The notes: generated by a model not told the origin, from the letters alone. Counted from the first letter of the stretch, positions 9,120-17,944 are shown. The stretch: DNA of 24,906 nt from Candidatus Hydrogenedentota bacterium (GCA_034408725.1 JAWXCN010000156.1:1-24906); one strand, 5' to 3'. Program-made: numbers and translations.

Positions 9120-9220
9120 CCGGGAGACTGTCCCGACTCCGACCGGGGACTGTCCCGAATCCGCCCTAAGTAAACGCGCCATTCTCAAAGGACTTCCTAG
9201 CGGATTCGGGGGCTGTCCCC
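9120..9220. repeat. REP-like palindromic cluster, GGGGACTGTC...GGCTGTCCCC family
   Basis: Near-direct repeats at 9120-9141 and 9143-9163. The arm GGGGACTGTCCCGAATCCGC (9145-9164) is inverted relative to GCGGATTCGGGGGCTGTCCCC (9200-9220). Confidence 0.75.
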
Positions 9221-9234
9221 TTCCCACTCCCGTC

Positions 9235-10167
9235 CTACCTCGCCGCACCGGCATTGTTTTCGATCAACTTCACCAAGATCGCCTTCTGCGCGTGCAGCCG
9301 GTTCTCCGCTTCGTCAAACACGATAGACTGTGGACCGTCCATCACTTCATCCGTGACTTCCAGTCCGCGCTTCGCGGGCAAACAGTGCAGGAACACCGCA
9401 TCCGGTTTTGCCTGCGACATCAGCTTCGCGTTCACCTGAAACGGCGCAAAGATTTTTTTGCGCGCGCTGGTCTCGTCTTCCTGGCCCATGCTTGCCCAGA
9501 CATCCGTATACAGCGCATCCGCGTCCCGCACGCCAGCTTCAATATCGTGCGTCACGACTATCTCGCCCTTTGCTTCACGCTTGGCGAACGCAACAATTTC
9601 AGGATCAGGTTCGTATCCCTTCGGACATACCACCGTCACGTTCAAGGGTACGCGCGCCGCAAAGTTCAACCACGACGCGCACACATTGTTTCCATCGCCC
9701 ACAAACGCCAATTTCAAATTGCCAAGGTCGCCGCGATGCTCGCGCAAGGTCTGCGCGTCCGCCAACACCTGGCACGGATGCAGCTTGTCCGTCAACGCAT
9801 TCACCACCGGCACCCGCGCATGCGCCGCGAGATCCACAACCGCCTCATGGCTGAAGGTGCGCGCGATGATACCGTCCACCCAACGTTCGAGGTTGCGCGC
9901 AACATCCGGCACGGATTCCCGTTCCCCCAGCCGAATCTGGCCCGACTCGAGCACAATGCCGTGGCCGCCGAGCTGGAATATCCCTGCTTCGAACGTGACC
10001 CGTGTGCGCAAGCTGGGCTTCTCGAATATCAGTGCGAAGGTCTTGCCTTCAAGTGGTTTCGATTCCACTCCCGCCCGGTGCTCCCGTTTGAGCCGGTCCG
10101 ACAATTCGAGCAACCCGAGTATGTCATCCGTGGTGAGTTCGGCCAGGGAAATGAAATCGAGAAACAT
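9235..10167 (-). CDS. argF: Ornithine carbamoyltransferase
   Basis: FEKPSLRTR, HPCQ, DVWASMG (the SMG loop of true OTCases), HCLP, AENRLH. Confidence 0.97.
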   Translation of the reverse strand: MFLDFISLAELTTDDILGLLELSDRLKREHRAGVESKPLEGKTFALIFEKPSLRTRVTFEAGIFQLGGHGIVLESGQIRLGERESVPDVARNLERWVDGIIARTFSHEAVVDLAAHARVPVVNALTDKLHPCQVLADAQTLREHRGDLGNLKLAFVGDGNNVCASWLNFAARVPLNVTVVCPKGYEPDPEIVAFAKREAKGEIVVTHDIEAGVRDADALYTDVWASMGQEDETSARKKIFAPFQVNAKLMSQAKPDAVFLHCLPAKRGLEVTDEVMDGPQSIVFDEAENRLHAQKAILVKLIENNAGAAR

Positions 10168-10169
10168 CG

Positions 10170-11354
10170 TTAAGCTCCAAGCACGCGGTCAAGCGTCGCA
10201 ATTACATGATCGACCTGATCCGTCGTTACGATCAGTGGCGGCACAAACCGCAGCACATTCGGGCCCGCGGGCCCGCACACGATCCGCGCTTCCAACATTT
10301 TCGCAATGATCGGCCCAGCCGGTTCGTCCAATTCCACTCCAATCATCAGCCCCTTGCCGCGGACCTCCTTGATTTTCGAGTGCTTTGATTTCAATTCGGA
10401 CAACTTATCGAAGAAATGCGCGCTTACCTTTTTCACGCCGTCGAGAAATCCTGGTGCAATCATTTCTTCGAGAGTAGCCACTGCCGCGGCAGCGCAAACA
10501 GGATTACCGCCAAATGTTGATGCATGCGACCCGACGCTGAATCCGCTGGCGACCTCCTCCGTGCAGCCCATTGCGCCAATCGGCATCCCGTTGGCCAATG
10601 CCTTGGCCAGCGCAATAATATCGGGTTGTATGCCGTACTGTTCATGGGCAAACAACGTGCCCGTCCTGCCCATGCCGCATTGGATTTCATCGAGTATGAG
10701 CAGCACCCTCTTCGCGTCGCACAATGCGCGCACCGCCTTGAGGTAATCCGCGTCCACCACGCGAATGCCACCTTCCCCCTGCACCGGTTCCAACAAAACG
10801 GCCCCAACCTCGGGGGTCAGGGCCTTCTTCAATGCCTCAATGTCGTTGAACGGTACATGCGTAATACCCGGCAGCAGCGGCGCAAATCCGTCCTGATACT
10901 TGGGCTGGCCCGTCGCCGTGATCGTCGCCAGCGTCCGCCCATGGAACGACTGGTTCATCGCGACAATCGTGGGCTTTGGCGTTCCCTTTTGCGCCCAATA
11001 CCGCCGCGAAAGTTTGATCGACGCCTCGATTGCCGTCGCGCCACAATTGCTAAAAAACCATTTGTCGGCGAAGGAATGTTTCGTAAGTAGCGCGGCGAGT
11101 TCCGCGCAAGGCTGGGTGAGGAAAAGGTTCGAGACGTGGACAAGTGTCGCCGCTTGTTTGGCGATGGCATCGGTTACCTTCGGATGACAATGCCCAAGTG
11201 CCGTCACCGCAATTCCGCCAAAAAAATCGAGGTACTCGTTCCCCTCGGCGTCCCACAACGACGTGCCTTTCCCCCGCACAAATGCGAGGTTTCGCAGTCC
11301 ATACGTATTGATGATGTGAGATTCGGTTAGCGATTTAATTTCAACAGTTTTCAT
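10170..11354 (-). CDS. argD: Acetylornithine aminotransferase (class III PLP enzyme)
   Basis: SFHGRT, EPVQGEGG, DEIQCGMGRTG, ALAKAL (PLP lysine), HASTFGGNP. Clustered with argF/G/H; GGGAGG RBS. Confidence 0.93.
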   Translation of the reverse strand: MKTVEIKSLTESHIINTYGLRNLAFVRGKGTSLWDAEGNEYLDFFGGIAVTALGHCHPKVTDAIAKQAATLVHVSNLFLTQPCAELAALLTKHSFADKWFFSNCGATAIEASIKLSRRYWAQKGTPKPTIVAMNQSFHGRTLATITATGQPKYQDGFAPLLPGITHVPFNDIEALKKALTPEVGAVLLEPVQGEGGIRVVDADYLKAVRALCDAKRVLLILDEIQCGMGRTGTLFAHEQYGIQPDIIALAKALANGMPIGAMGCTEEVASGFSVGSHASTFGGNPVCAAAAVATLEEMIAPGFLDGVKKVSAHFFDKLSELKSKHSKIKEVRGKGLMIGVELDEPAGPIIAKMLEARIVCGPAGPNVLRFVPPLIVTTDQVDHVIATLDRVLGA

Positions 11355-11490
11355 GGCGTCCTCCCGGGCTGTGCGTGCAACGCAGTTATGCTATTGTGAA
11401 GCCTATGCGCACCCCCGCGGATTCTTCGTCAAAATAACACGAGCGCGTTCTTCCCCGAACGCGCCCGACAAACGCCGTGGCGGCGAAACT

Positions 11491-11862
11491 TCAGTCTTTC
11501 TTCGTACTCTTCGGCTTTTCCGATGCCGCGGCTTTGCTTTCCGTCTTTGCTTCCGATTTAGGAGCCGGTTTGGCTTCCGGCTTAGCTTCGGATTTACTTT
11601 CTGACTTCGCTTCAGACGCCCCCTCGGATTTGCCTTCAGACTTCGCCCCCGAGTCGCCCTTGGCCTCGCTACCCGTCTTGGTCTTGTAGTCAGTTTCGTA
11701 AAAACCCGAACCCTTGAAAATAATGCCCGAACCCGTCCCCAGCATGCGCTTCACCCGTCCACTCCCGCACGCGCCGCATTTCACTTTGGGCGTCGCGGAC
11801 ATCGAGTGATAAACCAATGTGGGGGTGTCGCATTTCTGACACTGATATGTGTACGTTGGCAT
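11491..11862 (-). CDS. FmdB-family zinc-ribbon protein with a low-complexity K/S/E/A tail, 123 aa
   Basis: MPTYTYQCQKC...CGACG...IIFKGSGFYETDY is the FmdB pattern. ATG 11862 has GAGGA upstream. The track's longer start at 11994 runs through the promoter. Confidence 0.9.
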   Translation of the reverse strand: MPTYTYQCQKCDTPTLVYHSMSATPKVKCGACGSGRVKRMLGTGSGIIFKGSGFYETDYKTKTGSEAKGDSGAKSEGKSEGASEAKSESKSEAKPEAKPAPKSEAKTESKAAASEKPKSTKKD

Positions 11863-11926
11863 GGGTAGCGCCGATTCCTCTATAGGCTGAAAACAACCCA
11901 ATATTACGGTTGCCTCGAAACCTTGA

Positions 11927-11955
11927 AGTATATCAATGAACGATACCGAATGCAA
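11927..11955 (-). promoter_or_regulatory. Sigma70-type promoter for the FmdB gene
   Basis: Minus strand TTGCAT (11955-11950), 17-nt spacer ending TGa (extended -10), TATACT (11932-11927). Confidence 0.65.
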
Positions 11956-12008
11956 AGGTTTGGCCCCGGATTCAACCCGCGAAACAGCACCCACGCCCGC
12001 TTAAAACA

Positions 12009-12037
12009 TTGACAATTCACCGGTTGCCCGCCACCAT
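12009..12037 (+). promoter_or_regulatory. Sigma70-type promoter for the membrane protein gene
   Basis: Perfect TTGACA (12009-12014), 17-nt spacer, CACCAT (12032-12037). Confidence 0.5.
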
Positions 12038-12047
12038 GTGCGCCGAC

Positions 12048-12680
12048 GTGGATACACCGCAACAACTACAGAATCTGCCCCCGCTTACCGAGAGCGGCGC
12101 CGTCGCCATAGCCATCTTCATCGGCACGCTCTACTGCTTCCTGGGTTACCGTACGCTGAAGTTCATCATCTGCCTCACCGGCTTCATCCTCGCGGGCGGA
12201 ATGGCGGCGATGCTCGGCGCATATTTTGGCCAGGGGAACTACATGATCGTGGGAATTGCAGGAATCCTTGGCGGACTCTGCGGCGCCGCCGCGCTCATCT
12301 TCCTCTACAAACTCGGCCTCTTCATGCTCGGCCTGTTTGCTACCGCGCTCGCCGCGCACATCTTCCTGCTCGGACGCCCGGAATCCTGGATTGTCTTTGC
12401 CATACTTGGCGCTGGGGTAGTCGGTGGACTCCTCGCAGTCGCCATGGAAAAACTCATCGTGATTCTCGCCACCGCCGCTATCGGCGCGTGGTTTACCGTT
12501 TGCGGACTGGGTTACTTTCTCGTCGGTCCCAAATTTCTCGACATCATGCAGGAACCCTTGGTATTCGGCGCGGACCGCGCAATCGTCGCCGGATGCTGGG
12601 CCACACTCGCATTTGCCGGCGCACTCGCGCAGTTCGCCACAAACCGCGTCAAACGCGAGGTCGTAGTGAAAGCCGGGTAG
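12048..12680 (+). CDS. Multi-pass membrane protein, DUF4203/TMEM198-like, about 210 aa
   Basis: About seven Gly-rich hydrophobic segments; GTLYCFLGYR and ILATAAIGAW resemble DUF4203. GTG 12048 chosen because it lies downstream of the predicted promoter; start uncertain (alternatives 12036, 12009). Confidence 0.75.
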   Translation: MDTPQQLQNLPPLTESGAVAIAIFIGTLYCFLGYRTLKFIICLTGFILAGGMAAMLGAYFGQGNYMIVGIAGILGGLCGAAALIFLYKLGLFMLGLFATALAAHIFLLGRPESWIVFAILGAGVVGGLLAVAMEKLIVILATAAIGAWFTVCGLGYFLVGPKFLDIMQEPLVFGADRAIVAGCWATLAFAGALAQFATNRVKREVVVKAG

Positions 12681-12703
12681 TAAAGGAAAGCAGGAGATTC
12701 TTC

Positions 12704-13270
12704 ATGCCGCAATACGTTCACCGCGCGCGGGTCACGACCGCGGCAATCACCTGCGTCATCCTGCTCGCGCTCACGATATGTGCGTGGGTTGTCGTTCGCT
12801 CAGCGCTTCAATACCGTGCCAACTACGCCGGAGACCTCACTTTCGTCGGGAGTGCCGACGGCCTCGACACACGCTACGTCCGCCTTTTCATCTGGAAACC
12901 GCCGGACTATACGGACGGCCTGCCAGCGATGTCCGTATATATCGATGGCGCGGCGTATTCCCTCGACACGCTCACAACCGGCATTGTGAAAACTTTGGGC
13001 GGAACTGCTGGCGAAGGCGCGCTATGGGATGCGGCGGGAAACGTCCTCCAATACAGGTTCGAGCACGACCGACTTACGTATTTTTCCATCTACCCAACCG
13101 GACGCGCGCCAACTCCGGCACCTGTTCCAAATCTGGGATCGAATATCCGCACTGGCACGTTCCAAATCTCCGTAAACGGCGGCGCTCCATTTTCCTTGCC
13201 CGTAAGCGGAGTCGATCTCGAAAAGTATTGCGGTCCCCCAGCATCCATCACCCGCAACATCGCCAATTGA
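12704..13270 (+). CDS. Hypothetical membrane-anchored or exported protein, 188 aa
   Basis: CAGGAG RBS 7 nt before ATG 12704, N-terminal hydrophobic helix (AAITCVILLALTICAWVVV), 23 nt downstream of the previous gene. Confidence 0.75.
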   Translation: MPQYVHRARVTTAAITCVILLALTICAWVVVRSALQYRANYAGDLTFVGSADGLDTRYVRLFIWKPPDYTDGLPAMSVYIDGAAYSLDTLTTGIVKTLGGTAGEGALWDAAGNVLQYRFEHDRLTYFSIYPTGRAPTPAPVPNLGSNIRTGTFQISVNGGAPFSLPVSGVDLEKYCGPPASITRNIAN

Positions 13271-13312
13271 AAAAATACAAAAGCGCCCAGGGCGCTTACG
13301 CCGGGCGCTTCT
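13271..13312. terminator. Rho-independent terminator between convergent genes (strongest on the minus strand)
   Basis: AAGCGCCC-ag-GGCG-ctta-CGCC-GGGCGCTT hairpin at 13281-13310, followed on the minus strand by TTGTATTTTT. Confidence 0.75.
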
Positions 13313-13327
13313 GGTTGATCACATCAC

Positions 13328-14938
13328 CTAATTCGTGATGGCAAATTTTCCATCGCTTTGATCGAAGAATTCGGGAAACGAGGTGGAAATGATCACGAGT
13401 TTGTAGTTCCACCGCGCGCGAAGGTCCACCGGAATCCTCCAACGGTGCGCGCCATCATTCACGGTCGTCGCTATTGAAAGCGCGCGCTCGTTGCGCCGCC
13501 ACAATTCGATCTTGACCTTGACCCCCGTATACCCGTCGCTTGCCCACGCGATCTCGACTTCCTCGCCCTTCACAAACTCTTCGCCGCCGTTGGGTGCAAC
13601 CACCGTGAGCATCGCGTCCGGATCATACTCGTCGAAACCAATATCGAATTCGTTACCCGTCCCATTCGCGCCGGCATTCGAGACGTCCGCAGGCCGCGCA
13701 AACCCGTCGATATCAATGTCTGTCGCGCTGTCGCGCGTGCCTGTGTCTATCGCGGGCGATCCGAGGCGAATATGGTAATCATCCTTGTCGGCATCGGCGA
13801 ACAGGGGGTTCCCGTCGAGATTGCTCGATGCTTCATCCAGCACCGAATTCATCCCGCCATTGCCGGTCGCCGACGCGATCGTTTGCGATCCCTCGTTCAG
13901 ATACGCACCCTCGGAATTGAAATCGAAAAGACAGTTCTTCACCTCCGGATCGGCCGTTGAATCGTTTTCGAAAACCGCGTGGCCCCGGTTCCGCGAAAAT
14001 ATCGTGTTCACGATCTCGCCTGTGGAGTCGTGCATGAACACGCCGGCGCCGTTGCCATTCGTCTTGTTCCTGACGATCGTGCAATTGGAAATCTCGACAT
14101 CGTCCTGAAATGTAAAGCTCAAGGCCCCACCCTGCGTCGTTGCGGAATTGTTCGCAAACAGACAGTTCTCGAAGTCCGCGCCGGTGCCCTCGTGGCATTC
14201 CACGCCACCACCGTATGGGCCGTCGTTGCCGATGAACACGCACTCATTAAACTGGACGCTAGACTCGTATCCGCTGGCGGCGCCGCCAATTAGGTTTGCC
14301 GTGTTGCCCCGGAATACACTCCCTGTAACTTTCAGCAGTCCCTCATGGACCTTTACGCCTCCACCTTCTTCGGCAAAATTGTTGCGAAACACGCAATTCT
14401 GAATCTTCGCACTCGCTCCAAGTACATTCACGCCGCCGCCGTATCCCTCGATTTCGTTGCGCGAAAAGTCGCAAGCGCGAATCTCTACCTCCCCTGAGCC
14501 ATTCACGCGAATCGCCCCGCCTTTGGCGTAACCGTCGCCCGCGCCCACGCATCCCGTCAACGTGAAACCATCAATCTCAACATCGTCGACACCGTCGACG
14601 ACGAAAATGCTTCCCGCAACACCATCACCATCAAGCGTCGTGACAAATCGCGTCGGATCGCGATCCACAACGAGTCCTTTCGAGGGGTCCGGAAAACCTC
14701 CCAGAATCTTGACACCCTCGGGCACGCTCGATTCGCTGCCAATGATATATGTCCCTTCCGCAACATAGACCGATTCGCCCGCAGCCACCTGTTCCAGCGC
14801 GTCTTCCACGCTCTGAAGCGCGGACGCCCACGAGTCGCCAGTCGTGTCGTCCCCGCTCAATGAAACATGGACCGTTGCACTCGCATAGGAAAAACCACAC
14901 AAGGACGCCAGTATCGCAACGCGAATTCCAATATCCAT
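13328..14938 (-). CDS. Secreted right-handed parallel beta-helix (pectin-lyase-fold) repeat protein with a C-terminal PNGGE Ig-like domain, 536 aa
   Basis: Signal peptide ending ASA; G-D-S-W-ASA start; repeated NCxFxxNxA..GG[A/G] units; PLFAD..DYHIRLGSPAIDTG...DIGFDE; APNGGE...IAW...NDGAHRW. Confidence 0.82.
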   Translation of the reverse strand: MDIGIRVAILASLCGFSYASATVHVSLSGDDTTGDSWASALQSVEDALEQVAAGESVYVAEGTYIIGSESSVPEGVKILGGFPDPSKGLVVDRDPTRFVTTLDGDGVAGSIFVVDGVDDVEIDGFTLTGCVGAGDGYAKGGAIRVNGSGEVEIRACDFSRNEIEGYGGGVNVLGASAKIQNCVFRNNFAEEGGGVKVHEGLLKVTGSVFRGNTANLIGGAASGYESSVQFNECVFIGNDGPYGGGVECHEGTGADFENCLFANNSATTQGGALSFTFQDDVEISNCTIVRNKTNGNGAGVFMHDSTGEIVNTIFSRNRGHAVFENDSTADPEVKNCLFDFNSEGAYLNEGSQTIASATGNGGMNSVLDEASSNLDGNPLFADADKDDYHIRLGSPAIDTGTRDSATDIDIDGFARPADVSNAGANGTGNEFDIGFDEYDPDAMLTVVAPNGGEEFVKGEEVEIAWASDGYTGVKVKIELWRRNERALSIATTVNDGAHRWRIPVDLRARWNYKLVIISTSFPEFFDQSDGKFAITN

Positions 14939-15071
14939 GCCCCAATCTCCCCGTTGTGTCGATTCCTACCACCAGATTACAGCATAAGAGCGAATACAAT
15001 ACCGGCGCAACTTGCGATACAAACCCATACTGTCTTGATTCATCCTCCCGTTCCGGAGCACCATACCCCTC

Positions 15072-15983
15072 ATGCCAGTCAGCACATCCGTCCACATCAG
15101 CCACTGTCTAAAATACATCATCAACCTCCGCCCCAAGTCGATCCTCGATATCGGTTGCGGGTTCGGCATGTGGGGCTTTCTCTCACGCATGTATCTGGAT
15201 GTGAGCGAGGAGCGCGTGCAACCGCGCGACTGGAAACTGCACGTGGACGGCATCGAACTATTCGAGCCCTATATCCAGTCGCACCAGCGCGCGCTATACT
15301 CGAACATCATTATTGGCGACATCCGCGAACTCGCGCCGAAGGTCGATAACTACGAGCTAATCATCGCTGGCGATGTCATCGAGCATCTCGACAAGGACGA
15401 TGGCGAAACAGTTATCGAGCATCTTTACGAAAAGGCGACGCGCGCGCTACTTGTGAATATCCCCCTCGGCGAAGGTTGGGAACATCCCGAACGCCACGGC
15501 AACCCCGGCGAACTCCACCGCAGCCAGTGGTATCCGGAAGATTTTCATCCGTACCCCTCCATCGCGGAATCGTTCACGCTACCGGCAGGGGCGTACGGAA
15601 GTTTTTTCTGCCCAAAGGGATGCCCCAACGAAGACCGCGCCGTCGGATTGATGAGTCTCGCCGACCGCCGGCGCGCGGAAGGCCGCATGGAACACGCGCT
15701 GAAGTATGCGCGTAAAGCGCATGAGATAGACCCTTCGAGCCAGGACGCCGCAATTTTTCTCGTGGACCTTCTGTTGCAGTCCAAATCTACCGATGAAGCC
15801 GTGGACATCCTGCAAAACGCTATCGATCGCGATGCCGCATTTCATTACGCCTACGTCGCGCTCGCAAAAATACTGCGCGCGATGAATCGCGCCGACGAAG
15901 CGAAAAATCTCTCCCAACGCCTCCTCGCGCAACCCGGCGTCAGCACCGAACTGCGCGCCCAAGCCGAATCGCTATCGGCGTAA
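15072..15983 (+). CDS. Class I SAM-dependent methyltransferase with C-terminal TPR repeats, 303 aa
   Basis: ILDIGCGFG motif I, GDIRE, DVIEHL. The C-terminus has TPR-like helices (ALKYARKAHEIDP, AVDILQNAIDRD, YAYVALAKIL). Confidence 0.82.
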   Translation: MPVSTSVHISHCLKYIINLRPKSILDIGCGFGMWGFLSRMYLDVSEERVQPRDWKLHVDGIELFEPYIQSHQRALYSNIIIGDIRELAPKVDNYELIIAGDVIEHLDKDDGETVIEHLYEKATRALLVNIPLGEGWEHPERHGNPGELHRSQWYPEDFHPYPSIAESFTLPAGAYGSFFCPKGCPNEDRAVGLMSLADRRRAEGRMEHALKYARKAHEIDPSSQDAAIFLVDLLLQSKSTDEAVDILQNAIDRDAAFHYAYVALAKILRAMNRADEAKNLSQRLLAQPGVSTELRAQAESLSA

Positions 15984-15989
15984 GTTTTA

Positions 15990-16035
15990 GGGGACTGTCA
16001 CCGGCAACGCGTTTTGGTTGCCGGTGGCTGTCCCC
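15990..16035. repeat. REP-like hairpin, GGGGACTGTC...GGCTGTCCCC family
   Basis: GGGGAC-T-GTC-ACCGGCAAC / 8-nt loop / GTTGCCGGT-GGC-T-GTCCCC. Outer 10-mers are identical to those at 9145-9220. Lies between convergent genes. Confidence 0.8.
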
Positions 16036-16067
16036 GAACCCACGCGATGAGCACAAAAAGTCAATGT

Positions 16068-16100
16068 CGATTACGATGACGAGCACGACCACGATTACGA
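16068..16100. repeat. Short degenerate hexamer tandem repeat (CGAnnA x5.5)
   Basis: CGATTA CGATGA CGAGCA CGACCA CGATTA CGA; overlaps the stop codon of the adjacent gene. Confidence 0.6.
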
Positions 16101-17930
16101 ACCGTTACCCGAAACCCGATACCGATAATTCCATCTTCGATTCGGCGCGCTGTCCCCATTGAGCCCCAACTCCGAAACATCGCCAAAGCCTTGAATATTA
16201 TCCGCCCAATGAAAATCAAACGTGGGCCTTCCGGACGTCATTGCAACCATCGCGCGGGGAACGCTCACCTCCATCCCATTTCCGTTCACACGATATCTGG
16301 CATTGCCCACAGTCGTCCATACACCCTCTTGCCAGGACTTCACCGTTGTCTCTTGTTCACTCCGCGTCTCAAGGTTTATGACATAGTCGTAACCCAACCA
16401 CCCGGTGCTCGCATTTTGATCGTGATCGATAAGAAGCAGCATCCAGTTTGTGTCGGTGTGCGGCGAGATCGGAGCAACCGTTTGCACAAAAAAATACAGA
16501 CTCTCATTGTCATAGCCCGCCTTTGAAATAACAATATCGTTGCGGCCTGTGTCGTTCTTGTACAGCACGTTTCCGTAGCCGGTGTGTTCGCGGTGCGTTA
16601 CGTCGCCGATGGTGTCGCGGTATTCGGGCAAAACATTCGCCCAATCGTCGAAAGCACCATCCACCGCAATCGCGTTGGGACCTGCGGCCGTGGGACGCTC
16701 CCTGACACCTTTGAATTTCCGCACCCAGCTTGCCAACTGGTAGTAGTAATTATCCGTATGCCCGCCGCGCATGGGTTCACAGTCGCGGCTGTATTCGCGC
16801 GTGTACTGATCCACGAACAACCCGCCCTTGTAATACGCGTCGGCGTCGGTATATTTGCTCCATTCCGTGTAGCGGCCCGCCGTCCATTCGTTCCACCCCG
16901 TCACGAAGATGAACGCGGGGTCCAACTCCAGCGCGCGTGTCCATTGCTCGTCGAAATTCAAACCGAGATTCACCGCTTCCGGGCGCAGGTCTTTCGCGCC
17001 GTTGTGCCAACTGCGCCCCATCGCGCCAGCCTTGTGACTCATCGGCGCGGGACCGGGCGTATTCGGCAACGCGTTCTGTGCAACACCCACGCTGACCTGT
17101 TCCACTTCTCCCCTGCTGTTCTTGAACGCGTGCTGCGGATGCACCTCGAGCCAACTCCATTGATCGGGTCCACTCGGCCCAAGCCAGTAATCTGGCATGG
17201 GACATCGAAACGTGAAGAAGTCGCGCATCGCCGGGTCTTTAACGTGCTCGAGGTTCGCGAGCAATAGTGGCTTGCCTTCCCACGCGAACCAGAGGTCTTT
17301 CCACAAACCGGGTTGGTAGAGGTCCTGCCAAATCCGATCCACTACCGGCGTGGGATCGCCAAACGGCGTAATAAACGCAATTGCTGGCGTCCGCGCGCCC
17401 TCGGCGCGCATAGCCGTATACTCGCGGCACAACGCCTCGTACTCGTCCTTCCACGTATGCGGCGGATTCGTCGTGTCGAAGAACACGACGTCGATCCCCG
17501 CATCGGACAACATGCTCGCGTGCTTCCGGATCACAAACGGATCGGTCGTCGTGTAATACCCAAGCTCCGGCTCACCCCAATGGTGCGGCGCGCCATTGTT
17601 CGGCCATTCAATCGCTGGCAAATCGCCCGCCGCCGCGATGATCTTCGTGTTATCGTTCGGCCCGCCCGGGTTGGGCACGTGCCACGTCCAATAAAAAATG
17701 CCCACCCACTTTCCTGCTTTTACCGGACCAGCCTCCGCGATATCCGGCTGAGAGCGCCCCGCGGAATCGGTGGCAACCCAGGTGTCGGCATACGTGTCGG
17801 AGCCGGTGTAGGGCCTGCCTGCATATACGTCAGCGAATCCCACTTGGATCACAAAGAAAGTTGTCATCATCCAGAAAGGCATTTGAACTGGAATGTGCTG
17901 ACAAACCGTTTTGATGTAACGCTCACGCAT
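16095..17930 (-). CDS. Putative secreted glycoside hydrolase (GH71/GH99-like TIM barrel plus C-terminal beta domain), about 611 aa
   Basis: VGIFYWTWH, HHWGEPELGYY, VIRKHASMLSDAGID, WEGKPL, FVTGWNEW, SRDCEP, IAVDGAFDDW. Start uncertain; 17930 is the first ATG beyond the brnA stop. Confidence 0.65.
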   Translation of the reverse strand: MRERYIKTVCQHIPVQMPFWMMTTFFVIQVGFADVYAGRPYTGSDTYADTWVATDSAGRSQPDIAEAGPVKAGKWVGIFYWTWHVPNPGGPNDNTKIIAAAGDLPAIEWPNNGAPHHWGEPELGYYTTTDPFVIRKHASMLSDAGIDVVFFDTTNPPHTWKDEYEALCREYTAMRAEGARTPAIAFITPFGDPTPVVDRIWQDLYQPGLWKDLWFAWEGKPLLLANLEHVKDPAMRDFFTFRCPMPDYWLGPSGPDQWSWLEVHPQHAFKNSRGEVEQVSVGVAQNALPNTPGPAPMSHKAGAMGRSWHNGAKDLRPEAVNLGLNFDEQWTRALELDPAFIFVTGWNEWTAGRYTEWSKYTDADAYYKGGLFVDQYTREYSRDCEPMRGGHTDNYYYQLASWVRKFKGVRERPTAAGPNAIAVDGAFDDWANVLPEYRDTIGDVTHREHTGYGNVLYKNDTGRNDIVISKAGYDNESLYFFVQTVAPISPHTDTNWMLLLIDHDQNASTGWLGYDYVINLETRSEQETTVKSWQEGVWTTVGNARYRVNGNGMEVSVPRAMVAMTSGRPTFDFHWADNIQGFGDVSELGLNGDSAPNRRWNYRYRVSGNGS

Positions 17931-17944
17931 TGAACGACCGCACG

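Noticed and set aside
9292..10309. Long plus-strand ORFs opposite argF (also 660-1472, 16584-17267, 18727-19548)
   Set aside because: Antisense shadows of well-supported genes, expected in GC-rich DNA; no recognisable motifs.
11355..11490. ARG box upstream of argD
   Set aside because: GCAT-aggc-TTCA on the minus strand is one base short of TGAAT-N4-ATTCA spacing, and there is no convincing tandem box.
12038..12703. 410-aa ORF 12038-13270
   Set aside because: The first 222 codons are an Arg-rich alternative frame over the membrane protein gene; the RBS-supported start is 12704.
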